NCBI RefSeq assembly: GCF_009914755.1
Contig: NC_060938.1
Length of the DNA: 64,000 nucleotides
Origin: the human T2T-CHM13v2.0 reference genome, Homo sapiens
Direction: 5' to 3' (one strand)
Under the pieces are notes generated by a model. That model saw only the letters and a program-made list of their open reading frames with translations. It made no database searches and was not told the DNA's origin. Made by a program: the position numbers and the translations under genes. Of the stretch, positions 46,560-60,081 are shown piece after piece. Each line of letters begins with the position of its first letter. The stretch's first letter is position 1.

Positions 46560-48740
46560 CCGTACCCGCACTCTCCTAGCACTGGGTGTGAGGCAGCGTC
46601 GTTTCCCCTTCGCGCTCTTCGAATGTCAAGTGCACCAGCTTCCAATCCCTCCTCTGGGCGGGCCCGGTCTGGCTAATCTCAGCTGCAGATTCCAGTACAA
46701 ACTCAGGACTCTCCCCCGCCCAGCCGCCCCTACACAAGGACTCGCCGAACACACCTTGAATCCCGCGCCAGAGCGCAGCCCGGAACTGCAGCTCGCGGCG
46801 CGGGCCCAGGTCGGGGGTCGCGCGTCTCCAGTCGGTGACTCAAGGCCGCTCGGTCCGGGGGTGGGTGTGGGTCGGCAGGACCGACCAGGGCCGCGCGGGG
46901 GCAGCTGCCGGGCGTTCGGTCACCTAGCGGTGGGAGCCGAGGCTGGCTTTGGCCAGTCGCCATTCCGCCGCGGGCGTCTGTCTCGCCGGGTTCCCGGGCG
47001 CGGGAGGAAGGCCCGCGCCGCTTCCCACTCGGCGCGCTTCTCTCCCAGTGCGCAGTGGCCTGGTGGGTCAGCCGGCGGCGGCTGGAGCGCGGGGCCGGCC
47101 CTGCGCACGAATGAATGGGCGCCCGGGGGACGCGCGCGCTCGGGGCTGAAGGGCATTAGGACCGTGAGGATCGCTCCGCGATCCTGTCTCTCCCTATCAC
47201 CCCCCCGCCCCCCCACCTCTCTCCTTTTTCTGCTCTGCAGGACTGAGCAGCTAGGCGCGAGCGAAAACAAACAGCTGGGGCTGCGAGCGCCCCCGCCCCG
47301 GCCCCGAGAGCACGCCGGCCCAGTCCCCCACCTGGGGCGCCCGTCTGCCCACCATGAGGAAGATCCGCGCCAATGCCATCGCCATCCTGACCGTAGCCTG
47401 GATCCTGGGCACTTTCTACTACTTATGGCAGGACAACCGAGCCCACGCAGCATCCTCCGGCGGCCGGGGCGCGCAGAGGGCAGGCAGGAGGTCGGAGCAG
47501 CTCCGCGAGGACCGCACCATCCCGCTCATTGTGAGTACGCCCCGAGCGTCGGCCGGCCGGCTAGGGAGCCGCGGCGCGCGTCCAGACCCTGCGCGGCGGC
47601 CGAGGGCGCGGGGCCCGGCCAGGGCTGAGTGCCCGCTGCGCCGGGCCGGCTTTGTATATGTTGGAGCATTCCTGCCCGTTGTTATGGCAACCTCTGCCGG
47701 GCGGCGGGGCTGGGGCGCACCGACTAAGGGAGGGTGACAGAGGGTGGGGGCTGGGAGAAAGTGCTGCAAGTTTGGTGGGCCCGGCGTGCGCGCGCGGCTG
47801 GGAACGTGGCGGCTCTCCCGGCTCTGCGCTGCCGGGGCCGGGAGTCTGGGGGCTGCGGGAGCCTCGTGTGCCCCGGAAGGCTGCCGGGCCCAGCGCGCGG
47901 CGAGCGGGCGGTGGGAACCACTCGCAGCCGAGCGCGTAGGTGGCAGTGCGCAGCCCCTCTCCAGCCTTCTGGGGGCAGAGGACATCGGGTGGGGGCGTGG
48001 GTAGGGGAAGGCTCTCTAGGCGCTGCGCCTGGCTTCGAACCCCCTTCTGAGCCGGGTCAACTTGAACCCGCTTCTTCGGCGCGGACACCCAGCTTCCCCG
48101 GAGTTCTCTGGGTTGAGGAGAGGTCTCGCACTGTACGCGTCTCTCACTCCCAACCTTAGGGTCCGCCACCACGGGTAGGTGGGCAGTGTCAGCGCCCGAA
48201 CTTGGCGATACCCTTGCATGAAGTCAGCCTCGCGACATCTAAGCGGGCAGGGAAACAAAGGCAGTGTGGCACAGCGGGGGCGGCGGCGGGGCTGCGGGGG
48301 CCCTTGGCGCTCTGGGGACCCGGGCGGGGGCGTGCGGAGCCGCAGCCGCCCTGCAGGGGGCGATCCTGTCGCCGTCTCCGTCCGAGCCCCAGGTGACAGA
48401 GCTGTGCGTGGCCAGGCAGGGGCACCTGTTGAGGCGGGAGGCTTTGGCACCCGCCGAGAGTGCGCTCGAGCGGGCGCATTCTTCCAGACGGGGGCGGTTG
48501 GTGGACGAGAGCCTCGGACGACCCTCGGGAACTACCAGGGCGGGGCAGCCTGGCCGGATGAGGACCAGGAAGAGGAGAGCCGAGTGGGGCGGGGGTAAAG
48601 GAGTGAGGAAGCGTGGCGATTCCGACAAGGAAAGATCTGGGCCTGGGGGTGGAGGGGTGAGGAGATCCGCGGGGGAGGTGCAAGGTCCGGAGGGCTGAGG
48701 CTTGTGTGGAGCCGAATCCGAGAAACGCATCCAGACGCGG
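46560..48740. promoter_or_regulatory. GALNT16: CpG island / GALNT16 promoter and first exon region
   Basis: Sharp rise in GC and CpG density, several GC boxes (ccccgcccc), no TATA box evident, surrounds the GALNT16 ATG. Confidence 0.92.
47354..47530 (+). CDS. GALNT16: GALNT16 first coding exon (aa 1-59): polypeptide N-acetylgalactosaminyltransferase 16 cytoplasmic tail, signal-anchor TM and start of stem
   Basis: Kozak cccaccATGa; MRKIRANAIAILTVAWILGTFYYLWQDN (basic tail plus TM, type II Golgi topology); donor ATT|gtgagt, phase 0. Confidence 0.93.
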
Positions 48741-49934
48741 ATCTGAACCCCAGGAATATCGGGAAGTTCATTGGAGAGTGTCCCCTCATATTCCCATCCT
48801 GCCCCAGATTCCGAGTCCCCTGCAAAGGAAACATTATTTCAGGGCTTTGCCTGAGGAGACCTGGGGCGGGGGGGTGAGGTTGTGGGTTTTGTCCTAGATA
48901 CCAGTCTGGGTGAACTCTCTGGGGGCAAGCCTGATTAGGTGCACTGTTCCCTTCTGGGCTGTTCTCCCAGGACACTGTTTCCAAAGCACTTGTCGCCCTT
49001 TGGACAGAAAACTGATAAGGAAAAGCCTCCTGTGCTGAGGCCCCAGAGTGTTGTGATCTGAGCAGAGGGACAGGTTGGAGCTGGAACTGTCCAAACCAGC
49101 AGTGGCCTCCAGACCCCAGGGAGCTTCCTCTCCAGGAGCCCAGGCTGCCACATTCATACTCAGTGGCAGGAAGAGCCCTAGTCTCAGGCAAGGCAGGCTG
49201 GCCAGATGCTCTGTCCCTCTTTCTGGTGAGGCGATGAGAAGAGGGTCTGAGTTGGAAGGGGCGGAGAAAGAGGCTGGGCAGGGAGGAGAGGAGGGAAGAG
49301 AGCACAGGAGACTGCTGCTCAGAGCCTCTGCTTTGGAACCCGGAACCTGAACCCTGACCTGGCCCATGCACCTCTCTCCTGCTCCTTCCAGAGTCCTGTA
49401 AGATGCACTGGGAGGGCCGCTCACATTTCTCAAGAGTCCCAGAATGGTGTAGGGGACCTGCTGGAAGGATTCAGCACTCATTTTGAGGGGTGGGAATTGG
49501 AGGTCATGAGAATCACCAGTAAACATCCTCTTGTCCCTGCTTATTCCCACAGGGTTTGACTTGCTGCAGGTAAGAAAAGGTCTCAGAGCGGGAAGCTAAG
49601 TTTAAAGTATGAAGGAGTATCAGGGAGATACCTGGGAGCTGGGAAGTGAAGGTGCAGGAAGAAAGGGAGAATGGAAGTCCCTGGGAGTGGCAGAGCCTTC
49701 TGTGGCCACTTAGGGGCACAGCCAGCTCCCTCTTTGTTCTTAAGCTTTAGATGCCTGTTCCACCAGCACTGACCCCCCCGTCAGGCACCACTTTTGACAA
49801 CTGCCTTGCATTGTTTCATTGTATTCCTCTCTTCCAGTTATTTCTTCCATGTGATTTGCAGCTGAATGTAAGTGATGCATGCGGGAACTGTGCTGGAAGC
49901 TCCTTGCATCCCCACATTGATGCACACAGCAAGA

Positions 49935-50207
49935 TTTCTTTTTTTCTTTTTTTTTTTTTGAGATGGAGTCTCACTCTGTCACCCAGGCTGGAGTGAGGTG
50001 GCATGATCTCGGCTCACTGTAACCTCCACCTCCCGGGTTCAAGCGATTCTCATGCCTCAGCCTCTCGAGCAGCTGGGATTACAGGCATGCGCCACCACTC
50101 TCAGCTAATTTTTGTATTTTTAGTAGAGATGGGGTTTCATCATGTTGCCCAGGCTGGTCTCAAACTCCTGACCTCATGTGATCCATTCACCTCAGCCTCC
50201 TAAAGTG
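49935..50207 (-). mobile_element. Alu (AluS-like), slightly 5'-truncated
   Basis: Antisense Alu; cacagcaag on both flanks. Confidence 0.9.
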
Positions 50208-51755
50208 CACAGCAAGGCTTCTTAAAGGAGTGAAATAGGATTCTCACCCATTTCTGGGGGCAGTCAATGCTTCACATCCCCCTAATATTATTGTATTATA
50301 TTCATATCTCCTTAATATTTTATTATCAACTGTAACCTCTAAGTAAGGAGGTGGCTCTAAGTAAGGAGGTGGGGGATGTACGTTCAAGCTTCTGCAGGCA
50401 TTGAATGCTTTGTTCAACTTAAAAGGGGCAGGTGCAGCTGAGGATTTACTTTCTCCCTGCAATTTGTGGTAACCGCTTATTCAGAAACATTTCTCTGTCT
50501 AGTTGGGCCAGGATGCTGCATGTGGATTTTCAGATTCTTAGAGAATGATGTGGCTAGCCCTGCTGTCAGAGGCTGGCAAATTCAGACAGGCGTCATCATT
50601 GCTCCCTTGGGGAATCAGAGAGCTGAGCTGGGAAAGGGAGGGTCTGCAGAAGCGCCTGGACCTGGAGGCAGCTCTGCTTTCACAATGTCTGGACTATTTG
50701 AAGCCAGCCAAGTTGCTTCTGGACCTTGGAGATGCCTGTTTGGCATTACAGGGTGTCGGCATGGCAACCGTATGGCCAGATTTCTCAAGAAGGTCCTGAT
50801 TTTTAATATTCTGTCCTGCTGTCGGCCCAAGTGTCACCAATTTTGATGTGAAAAATTTGGCTATGGAATCTGTAAAGCTAAAGGGAGATACTGATTCCAT
50901 CCCTATATGGCTGCTTACGATGCGGCAAGGTTTGTGATTTTTCCATGCTGTACCCGATGCAGCGAGGCAGTAGATTTGGGGACATCCCCTTGAATCTACA
51001 CTGATGCACGCTGGGACAGGACAGCAGCCAAACTGGGAGGCAGGGCTGACACAGCCGGCCTTGAGTCTTCAGTCCTCACAGTTGGCGAGAACATTTGTGG
51101 TTGTTTTGGTTTGGGACTTAGGTTTTCCATATGCCAGTTCACTAACAGGCATGGGTGGGAGGCTAAGGTGTTATATGGAATTTCACTTTACATTTTTTAA
51201 AAAGACTACTCATTTTCGGTATAGGTGCACTCATTTGTGTCAACAGTCTCCTATTTAGAACTGTGAAAGATTTAGGCAAGAATTTCTTAAACCGGAGTTT
51301 CTTAGCCTGAAATTGGGATACTACTGAATGACCATGGACACAATACTTAACATCTCTGGACCTTGGTTATTTTGTCGGCTGAAATTGAGTTAAATGATTT
51401 GCAAGGTTTGTTGATCCTGAGATAAGCAGATGATAGCTCCATTTCTAGATGTAAATACATGGCTTTAAGGGGGAGTTCTCCTGAAAGGTGTTGTGAAGTT
51501 TCTGCTTATGGAGGAACATGCTCCTGTCAGTGGAAGGTCCCACAGGAACCCTTGAGGCCTCGCAGGAAGCCCCCACTTACCTAGCAGAAGGGGATGCAAA
51601 TGATGGCTTTTCTGGTAGTGTTCTCAGAGAGCGGATGCTTTAATAAGATCTAAAATAATTTATATTTTATTTATAATGTGTGCATTTTGGAACTGTGGGA
51701 ATATGATTTGCCTAAATATAATAACAGAAAGTGATTTTGTATTTAATTGGTTTAG

Positions 51756-52195
<440 letters not shown>

Positions 52196-55100
52196 AAAAA
52201 TGTTCAGATATAAAGGGCCTGATTTCCTGTCAATGGGGTCTGTTCCTGGGCCATTTCGAGACCTGCCTCTGGGACATGGGGTCAGCCCAGAGGGAACTAA
52301 GACTGGGGGTGGGGAGGAGGGCTGGCAGCCCGAGAGTTACCTTCCTGGAAGGCCAGAGGTCCAAGGGCACGGGACTAGCTTTAGGGTGCTGCTCATGCTT
52401 CTGCAGGTCTTTTATTTCTGTGCTGTAACAGCAATTTACCCCCGAGCTGCTCCGAGATCTTTGGGAGCATGGCTTTCTTCCCTGGTGGCTGTGTTTGTCC
52501 TTGCTGCAGGCAGAGGAAACCCTTGGCTCTGGAAATGCCATTTAAGGTAGAGGTAGGAGGACACTGGTAGACCAGGGCCAGGCTGAGTTGCCCACGGGAC
52601 TGTCTCACTGTAATGGAGGAAGCTTCTCTGAGGTCAGAGGGGAGCCTATAGCCAAGCCTTCATTACAGTTACAAGATTGAAGATTTATACCCTGTCTGCT
52701 TCTTGAGGAGACCTTAAGCACCTTCCCCATGAACAGCAGAGCAAAGACACAGGAGGCTAAACAGACGTGGAAAGGAGCAGAGGAGCCGAGCTTTCAGACA
52801 TGAGTTAACTGCTGATTATACTTGGGCAGTAAATTCAGTTCAGTTAATCAGTGTGCTTGCCTGGTACAGTCACCGACTGTGTGTAGCCCACTCTGAAAAC
52901 GGTGTCAAGTGGTTTAGTCCCTCTTCTCTGAAATCTTGTGGTCTTTGACCCGTACCTGTCTAGCCTCCATAATCACTGTATACTCTGTTATGTTGATGGT
53001 GATGACATTCGTTGGAGACCTGGATGCTGTGTGTTTTACAGGCTTACCTCTCTGAATCCCCTCAACAACCTAATGAGATAGGTACCATTGTTAAGTTCTC
53101 ATACGAGTAAACACGCTTACTCATGCTCTGACAACTAGTAAGTGCACCCGACACTAGGTGTTTCTCACTCCAAAGCCCAGGCTCATGTCTTCCTTCCCCT
53201 GGAGCATCTTCTGGTCAAGATCCAAGCCTGGTCTATCAGCACATCTTTTCTGGGGCACCTGAATCAGCACCTTGCTTTGTATTCGCTCCACAAACATTCG
53301 ATGGGGAAAAAAATGCAAAAACGATACAGAACAAAATGTTGGCAGTAGGGAGGTAGGATTATGGGCAATCCCTCCTTCCATCTTTTGGGTTTTTACCCCC
53401 AAATTTTCTGTAATAAGCATCCATTGACATGATAATGTTCAAACCAATAAGGATAATTATTTTTAAAACATATTTGGTGACTGGTTAAGATCACTCTTGA
53501 CTCCAAAATCAAAGTATAACCTTCTTAACCACATCTCACACTTCTGACTCCCCATCAAAACTTAGCATTGAGCCAACTTTCAGAAAAGGCAAGAGACTTA
53601 TTTGAATTATTCTGTAGGGTTCCAAGGAATAGAATTGAGGCCAGGAGGTGAAAGATGCAGGGAGAGAAATTTCTTTGCAGCAGAAGGAAAACATTCTCAC
53701 AGAACCATCCAACATGGGAGCAGTCCAAAGGCTGGCCAGGGTTTCTCTCCACACTCCCCGTTGGCCCATAAGTGCTCCCAACAGCAGCAGGAAAGGGAGA
53801 AAAAAGACTCTCTGTCATGAAATAGGGCCCAATTATTGCACTGCAAGAGCCCTGCACCCTGGGAAGTAGGCGGGCCCCATGCACTGAGGCCAGCCCAGGA
53901 CAGGGTAACGACCAGAAATCCATAACTGCTGCTGTGCTCCTCTCTCCCCTGTTCCTTTGGAGCTGCCAAGCAAGGACAGAGAGAGGAAGCCAAGGCTGGT
54001 CAGAGACAAAGCTGCAAAGTTGGAGGTGCTGGTCTTTAGCATCTTTCCTCTCCCAAGACCGAGGCCTGCATAGGTGTTTCTGCCTGGTGGAGGCACCTTG
54101 AGTCTGACCTTCCCATATTCCACTTCTATTTTCCCAATCCAACCCAGGTGTGATTTCCAGGTTACCTGTCCTGTCTCCCAGACCCCTGACTGTTGCTGCC
54201 TGGGGCGGCGCTGGCTGGCAGTGCCCCTGAGCTGTGTGCTTATGGAGAAGCCACAGCCCTGGCCTGCCTGTCTCCCCACACCCCTAAACTTCAGATGCGC
54301 CTTTGAACTGTATCTGGCTAGAGACAGTATGGTCACCCAGGGAACTTTTGTGAACATTTCAGACCAGATAGGAGTGGCAGGCCAGAGGTACTTTGGGAAA
54401 GAGGGGGCGACTGGAAGAAGCTTGTCGATCATATTATATAGGCAAGATAAGGCTCAGGCAAAATTTGAGGAGGCATTGAGGCAGGTCTGCCCAGGTATAG
54501 CCTTTCCACTTTTCCAGACCCATTAGGAACAACTTCACGTTTCGCTGAAGAGCACAAGCTCCTCTTTCTTGCTGTTTCATAAAGTGAGGTGTGGCTCTGT
54601 GTAGAGCAGGGATGACTTTGTCTCAGAGTTCAGAGGTGAGTGACATGCCTTAATGTGAATTGGGCTGTTGCAGGATTTTCCTGGCCCCTAGGTGGGCCAG
54701 GCAGAGTGGAGTGGCCCAGGATGGAAACAGATGTTGGCTGTCAGCAGGGGATGGAGAGAGGGAATGGAGAGAGGATGTGAATGAAGTCCAAGTGATCCCA
54801 CTTCTAGGCTCAGCCCTGCCCTCAAGGGACTGTGTTTCCTTAGGTGAGTCAGTCCCACTCCCTGGACCTTAGTTTCCTCATCTGTCAGGTGAGGGTTGAA
54901 CTACAGGATCTCGGCGGTCCCTATCAGCTGAAATAATCTTGGACTTTGTTGAACTTCTCCCGCGAAAGTGAGGTGGCCTTCAGCCAGGGCTTAAGTCCTG
55001 ATAGTGCTTGAATTAAGGAGAATAAGACCAGAGGGTGAGGTGTACAGAGACCTCGACCACATGTATTAAGAAGGGCTGTAACCTTTAAATTCTCATAAGG

Positions 55101-56339
55101 AATAAACTGGCCCTCATCCTTCCCCTTTCTCTTCCCTTGAAACATTGTCTGATGGAGCTACGCTGCTCCCTGCCCGCTGTACTAGAAGCCTAAGATATTT
55201 GTGAGTGTGTCTGAGAATGCACACAGGCATGTATGCAGAAGTGTCTACAGGTGGACTTCAGATACCTCAACAATCTAGGAAGACCAGAAGGAAGCTACAA
55301 AGACCCCTTTGCAGAGCATAAATAGCCACAACACCCATGGACTTTACTCAGAAGACAGGCATGGAATTGCCCATAGGCCACAGTCTGGAAATTAACATTG
55401 TTTATAAAAACTGGTTTCAGTAGTTCAGGGGGTTGGTCATCTCCTGGCAACTTTCAGTTTTCCTAGGTTACAAATATAGTAGATTGGATGAAGCAAGATG
55501 AGGGAATTGCTAGGAGCTGCTGACACACTGAGAAGTGACAGCTGATAGCAAAGGCCTAGCCAGGAAGGGCCGTGTGAGGTAGGAGGGGCCCCTCCTGCCT
55601 CCACACACACACAGGGTCCGAATGCTGAAGGCAGCATCTATTCATTCTCTTGACAATTATTTACTGAGCATGTACTATGTGCCAGGACTGTTACAGGCCT
55701 GGAAATAACAAACCAGGTAAAATCCAAGCTCTCAAGGGGCTCATATTCTAGTGGGGAGAGGGAGAAAATAAACAGAAAGATATATTAGGTGGTGGCAAAT
55801 ACTATGAAAGTAAAGCAGCATAAGGGAGCAGAAAGATGGGAAAAGGATGGCCAGGAAAGGCCTCTGGTAAGACTTCATTGGAGATGGCATTGGCATGCAA
55901 AGAGAGAGTGAGCCATGCGGACATCTAGGGAGACAGTGTTCCAGACAGCCTGGGCCAGGGCACCATCCCGGAGAGTGTGTGCTTAGAGGGGCAGCTGGAG
56001 CAGCAGGAAAAGTGCCCACAGCAGAGGCCAGACACGTTAGGCCTTGCAGGCTGTGGTAAAGATAGGCTCAGAAATCTGTCCCTGAATCATCAGGAAGTGA
56101 TAAATTCCACTCGGTGCACAGGCTGGTAAGTCAGGGAACTGTGTCATTCATTTCAGAACATTTTCCAGCAAGATGGTCAAATTTAGTTGTTAGTGTTGGT
56201 TCTTTTTTCTTTTTTTAAGATTTTTTTCCCTCTCAGGATAATGTGTGTGTATAAAAGCGTTGGTTCCTAAGGAGGTAAGTGTAGGTTCGTTGGAAAATGT
56301 TCTGTGTCTTGGAACACTTCATTTCCTTAAAATGTGGGA

Positions 56340-56945
56340 TCAATGTGTGTTGTGTGTGGTATGTGTGGTGTGTGGTGTCTGTGGTATGTGTATGTGTAGT
56401 GTGTATGTTGTGTTGTATGGGTATGTATAGAACGTGTGATGTATGATATATGGGGCGCACGTGTGTGTGTGTGTGGTGTAGTGTGTGTTGTGTGTGGTAT
56501 GTGTATGTGTGGTATGTCTGGTGTGTGTGTGATGTGTGGGGTTTGTGTATGTGTGTGTAGTATGTGATGTGTGTGTGTGGCATTTGTGTGTGTGTGATGT
56601 GTGGGGCTTATGTGTGTGTGATGTGTGTGATGTGAGGTTTGTGTGTATATAGTGTGTGTGTGTGATTTGTGGGGTTTGTATGTATGTGTGTTATATGTTG
56701 TGTGTGTGTGGTATGTGTGGTGTGTATATGATGTGTGGGGTTTGTGTGTGTGTAGTGTGTGTGTGATGTGGGGTTTGTGTGTATGTAGTGTGTGTGTGAT
56801 GTGTGGGGTTCGTGTATGTCTGTGTGGTGTGTGAGATGTGGGGTTCCTGTGTATGTAGTATGTGTGTGTGTGTCTGTGTGCATTTGTGTGTTTGTGTGTG
56901 TGTGTGTATGATGTATGTGTCGGGGGTGTAGTGTGTGATGTGAGG
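56340..56945. repeat. TG-rich degenerate minisatellite / low-complexity tract
   Basis: Recurrent units such as gtgatgtgtggggtttgtgtgt. Confidence 0.9.
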
Positions 56946-58639
56946 CTGGTGGAGGGTGCCGGTGCCTGAAGCGATGTAAAAGGGAAAAGGTAACGGAGCC
57001 CTTGTTGAAATATTGGAGTGGGCAGGCTGGGGAGGACTCTGTCTGGAGGGAGAGTTTTGTGTGGGATGGAGAATTCCTCTGAATGGTGGTACCTGATCAA
57101 GCCCGCCTTTGTCTCCTTGTCTGGTTCGTGGTGTTCTCTTCTGGTACAGTTGGGACTCTGGAAATTGTTTTCTGGCAATGCAGGAACTTGGAATCCCTGC
57201 CCCTCCCCACAGCTTCTCCTCTGTTCAAGCAGACCCCCTGGAGGCTGAAGCCTGTCGGGGCCTTCCCTAAGACACAGAGTAGGCACTCGTGCGGGGAGTA
57301 GTCACTGCTGGGCAGGAGTGGGCACTGCGCAGCTGTTTCTCGGGCAGGTGGTTGATAAAAGGGGCTGCCCTCAGGAGGCAGACGGCTCTGCCCGGCCCAT
57401 CTGAGGTGTGTCCTCTGAGGTTCGATGGCTCCCTCAGTGCCCAGGTGACTGGTATGACACAGTGTCGTGTGTCTCTGGCAAGCTGCAGGCACCTTTTTTC
57501 TGTGGTTTAGGTCACACACAATTCCAATCCCCTGGCAGTCGTGCCCTGTGAGATGCTTCTTGTCAAAGTTCAGATTTTCATCCCTTCATCTTCTCACAGC
57601 AGCTCTGCCTGTAGCTTCTTTAAACAAACTGTATGGGAGGGCTTCTGATATTTCAAGGTCTTTCATGTCAAGGGAAGCTGGCCTTGGGCTGCCACAGCCC
57701 ACTGGGGCAACCCGAGTTGCCTTCCAAAGTTGCTGGATCAGCGGTCCGTTCCAGGGGGCTTCACTTCTGACGCCTCACACATCTGTGACCTGATTATTTC
57801 CTTGGAAGTCATCTTTTCCTCTCCCTGTGGAAGTTCTCACTGGATAGGGAGATGCGGGGCATGTGGCAGGCTTGGGGCATTATCCCAGGGATGAGGGGAA
57901 GTGCAGCCTGGGGCTCAGGGAGAAAGAACACGTGATCGCCTAGTGATGTCTTGCTGGGGATCTGGTGGTTTGAAGGGGCGAAGCAGTTAGGACTGAGCAC
58001 AGCCCCCACAAATACCGCACCAACCTAGAGGCCGGATGAAGAAGGAGAACCAAAGGTCAGGGCAAACACACCGCAGGGACCAGGGAAGGCAAGGGAGCAG
58101 CAGGCCAAAGCACTTCTCCAAGTGGAAAGCAGAGGCTACCCACGGTGATGTGTGAGTGCAGTCTTGGTGGTGCCTTGCGGGGGCATGAACATGGCAAGGG
58201 CCTTCTCCCAAAACAACAACGGGACATGGCTCATCGCTGGATGCACCCCGGAATTGCCAACTCCAGTTGTTTTTTGTATAGCAGAGAACACAGCGTCACC
58301 CAACTACCTCTTCCAGACAATGCAGCATCCCTGAACCACACCGGGGCCGGGGCTCTGGAACTGGGACTCACAGCGGGGTGAGGATGGGCTAGCTCAAGAC
58401 CTATGGAACTTGGGAGATCAGAAGGCCAGCGCTGGGGCAAAGCTGAAGGCAGGCCAACCAGAGAGCCCAAGAAAGGGCCCTGGCAGAGAGGAAAACTGGG
58501 CATAAGGTGACAGGTCTGAGCGAGAGTGCTCAGAGGAGCCGGCCCCTGGGATCCCCGAAGCCAAGCTGAGTCACAGGAGCTCTGATGGGAGGCTGGCATC
58601 TGCCCAAGGCTGGGGAGAGCCCTCCTCATCACAGGGTCC

Positions 58640-59120
58640 AGACTGTGCTCACCAGTGCAGTGGTTGCCGGCCACAGGTGGCCACCGAGTGCTTGGAATGT
58701 GGTTAGTGCAACTGAGGAACTGAATTTTTCATTTTATTTGATTCTCATTGATTTAAGTTTTGAAACAACACTCATTTTAGTTGTGGGGAAACATTTGGGA
58801 ATGTTTAGAACTTCGGTATGTGGAATCTATATTTTCAACTGTAAATTTTTGTGAAATCTCAATACAGATCAAGTATCTGTGCTGAAAATTTAGTATCTGA
58901 ATTGAAATCTGCTGTAAAATATATATCGGATTTCACAGACTTAGAAAAAGAACTAAAATACCTTGCTAGTATTTTGTACATGTTGAAATGATATTTGGAT
59001 ATATTAGGTGAAATAACATTATTAAAGTTAATTTCGTCTGTTTCTTTTTATTTAATGTGGCTACTAGAAAATTTTAACTTGCATACATGGCTTGCAGTCT
59101 GTTTCCACTGGGCAGTGCTG
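58640..59120. mobile_element. hAT-Charlie relic (MER3/MER33/Charlie1 family)
   Basis: cttggaatgtggttagtgcaactgaggaactgaattt start; aatgtggctactagaaaatttt...gggcagtgctg end. Confidence 0.7.
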
Positions 59121-59163
59121 GTGCTCACATTCATTCACATCCCCTCTCTTAAGTGCTAGGAGG

Positions 59164-59478
59164 GACCAGGTGCTGTGGCTCGTGCCTGTAATCCCAGCAT
59201 TTTGGGAGGCTGAGGAGGGGAGATCATCTGAGGTCAGGAGTTCAAGACCAGCCTGGCTAACATGGTGAAACCCCATCTCTACTAAAAATACAAAAAAATT
59301 AACCGGGCCTGGTGGCATGCACTTGTAATCCCAGCTACTCAGGAAGGGGAGGCACAAGAATTGCTTGAACCTGGAAGGTGGAGTTTGCAGTGAGCCAAGA
59401 TCGCGCCACTGCACTCCAGCCTGGGTGACAGAGCAAGACTCTGTCATAAATAAATAAATAAATAAATACATAAATAAA
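59164..59478 (+). mobile_element. Alu (AluS-like) with (TAAA)n tail
   Basis: Sense Alu; TSD aagtgctaggagg on both sides. Confidence 0.95.
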
Positions 59479-59510
59479 AAGTGCTAGGAGGTTGTCCAAG
59501 GAAGGTTATA

Positions 59511-60081
59511 CAGTCATGTGCTGCAACAATGTTTTGGTCAACCAGGGACTACATATATGACAGTGGTCCCATCAGATTATAATGGAACTGAAATATTCCT
59601 CCCCTACTGACCCTGTAGCCACTGTAATGTTGCAGCACAATTACTTTATTTTAAAAAATAAATTTAGTGTAGACTACATGTACAGTGTTTATAAAGTCGT
59701 GTAACATCCTAGGCCTTCCCATTCACTCATCACGCACTCACTGACTCACCCAGAGCAATTCCCAGTCCTGCAAGCTCCATTCATGGTATGTGCCCTATAC
59801 AAGTCTACCATTTTTTATCTTCTATACTGTATTTTTACTCTACTTTTTATACGTTTAGATACGTACACATGTGAAAATACTTATTGTGTTACCATCGCCT
59901 ACCATTCAGGACAGTAATATGCTGTACAGGTTTATAGCCTAGGAGCAATAGGGTATCCCATATAGCCTAGTTGTGCTGGAGGTTATACCATCTAGGTTTG
60001 TGTAAGTGCACTCTGACATTTGCACAGTGATGAACTTGCCTAATGACGCATTTCTCAGAATGGATAAGGAATGCATGACTG
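59511..60081. mobile_element. Tigger3/MER7-family non-autonomous DNA transposon
   Basis: TIR ends cagtcatg...catgactg flanked by TA target duplication; internal gacagtggtcccat.agattataat. Confidence 0.85.

Noticed and set aside
46549-47628. 359-aa ORF overlapping the GALNT16 start in another frame, plus the many other long ORFs at 46.7-49.5 kb
   Set aside because: Pro/Arg/Gly/Ala-rich with no recognisable domain; long open frames on both strands are expected in a stop-poor CpG island.
56327-57286. 319-aa His/Thr-rich minus-strand ORF
   Set aside because: Translation of the (CA)-rich strand of a simple-repeat tract.
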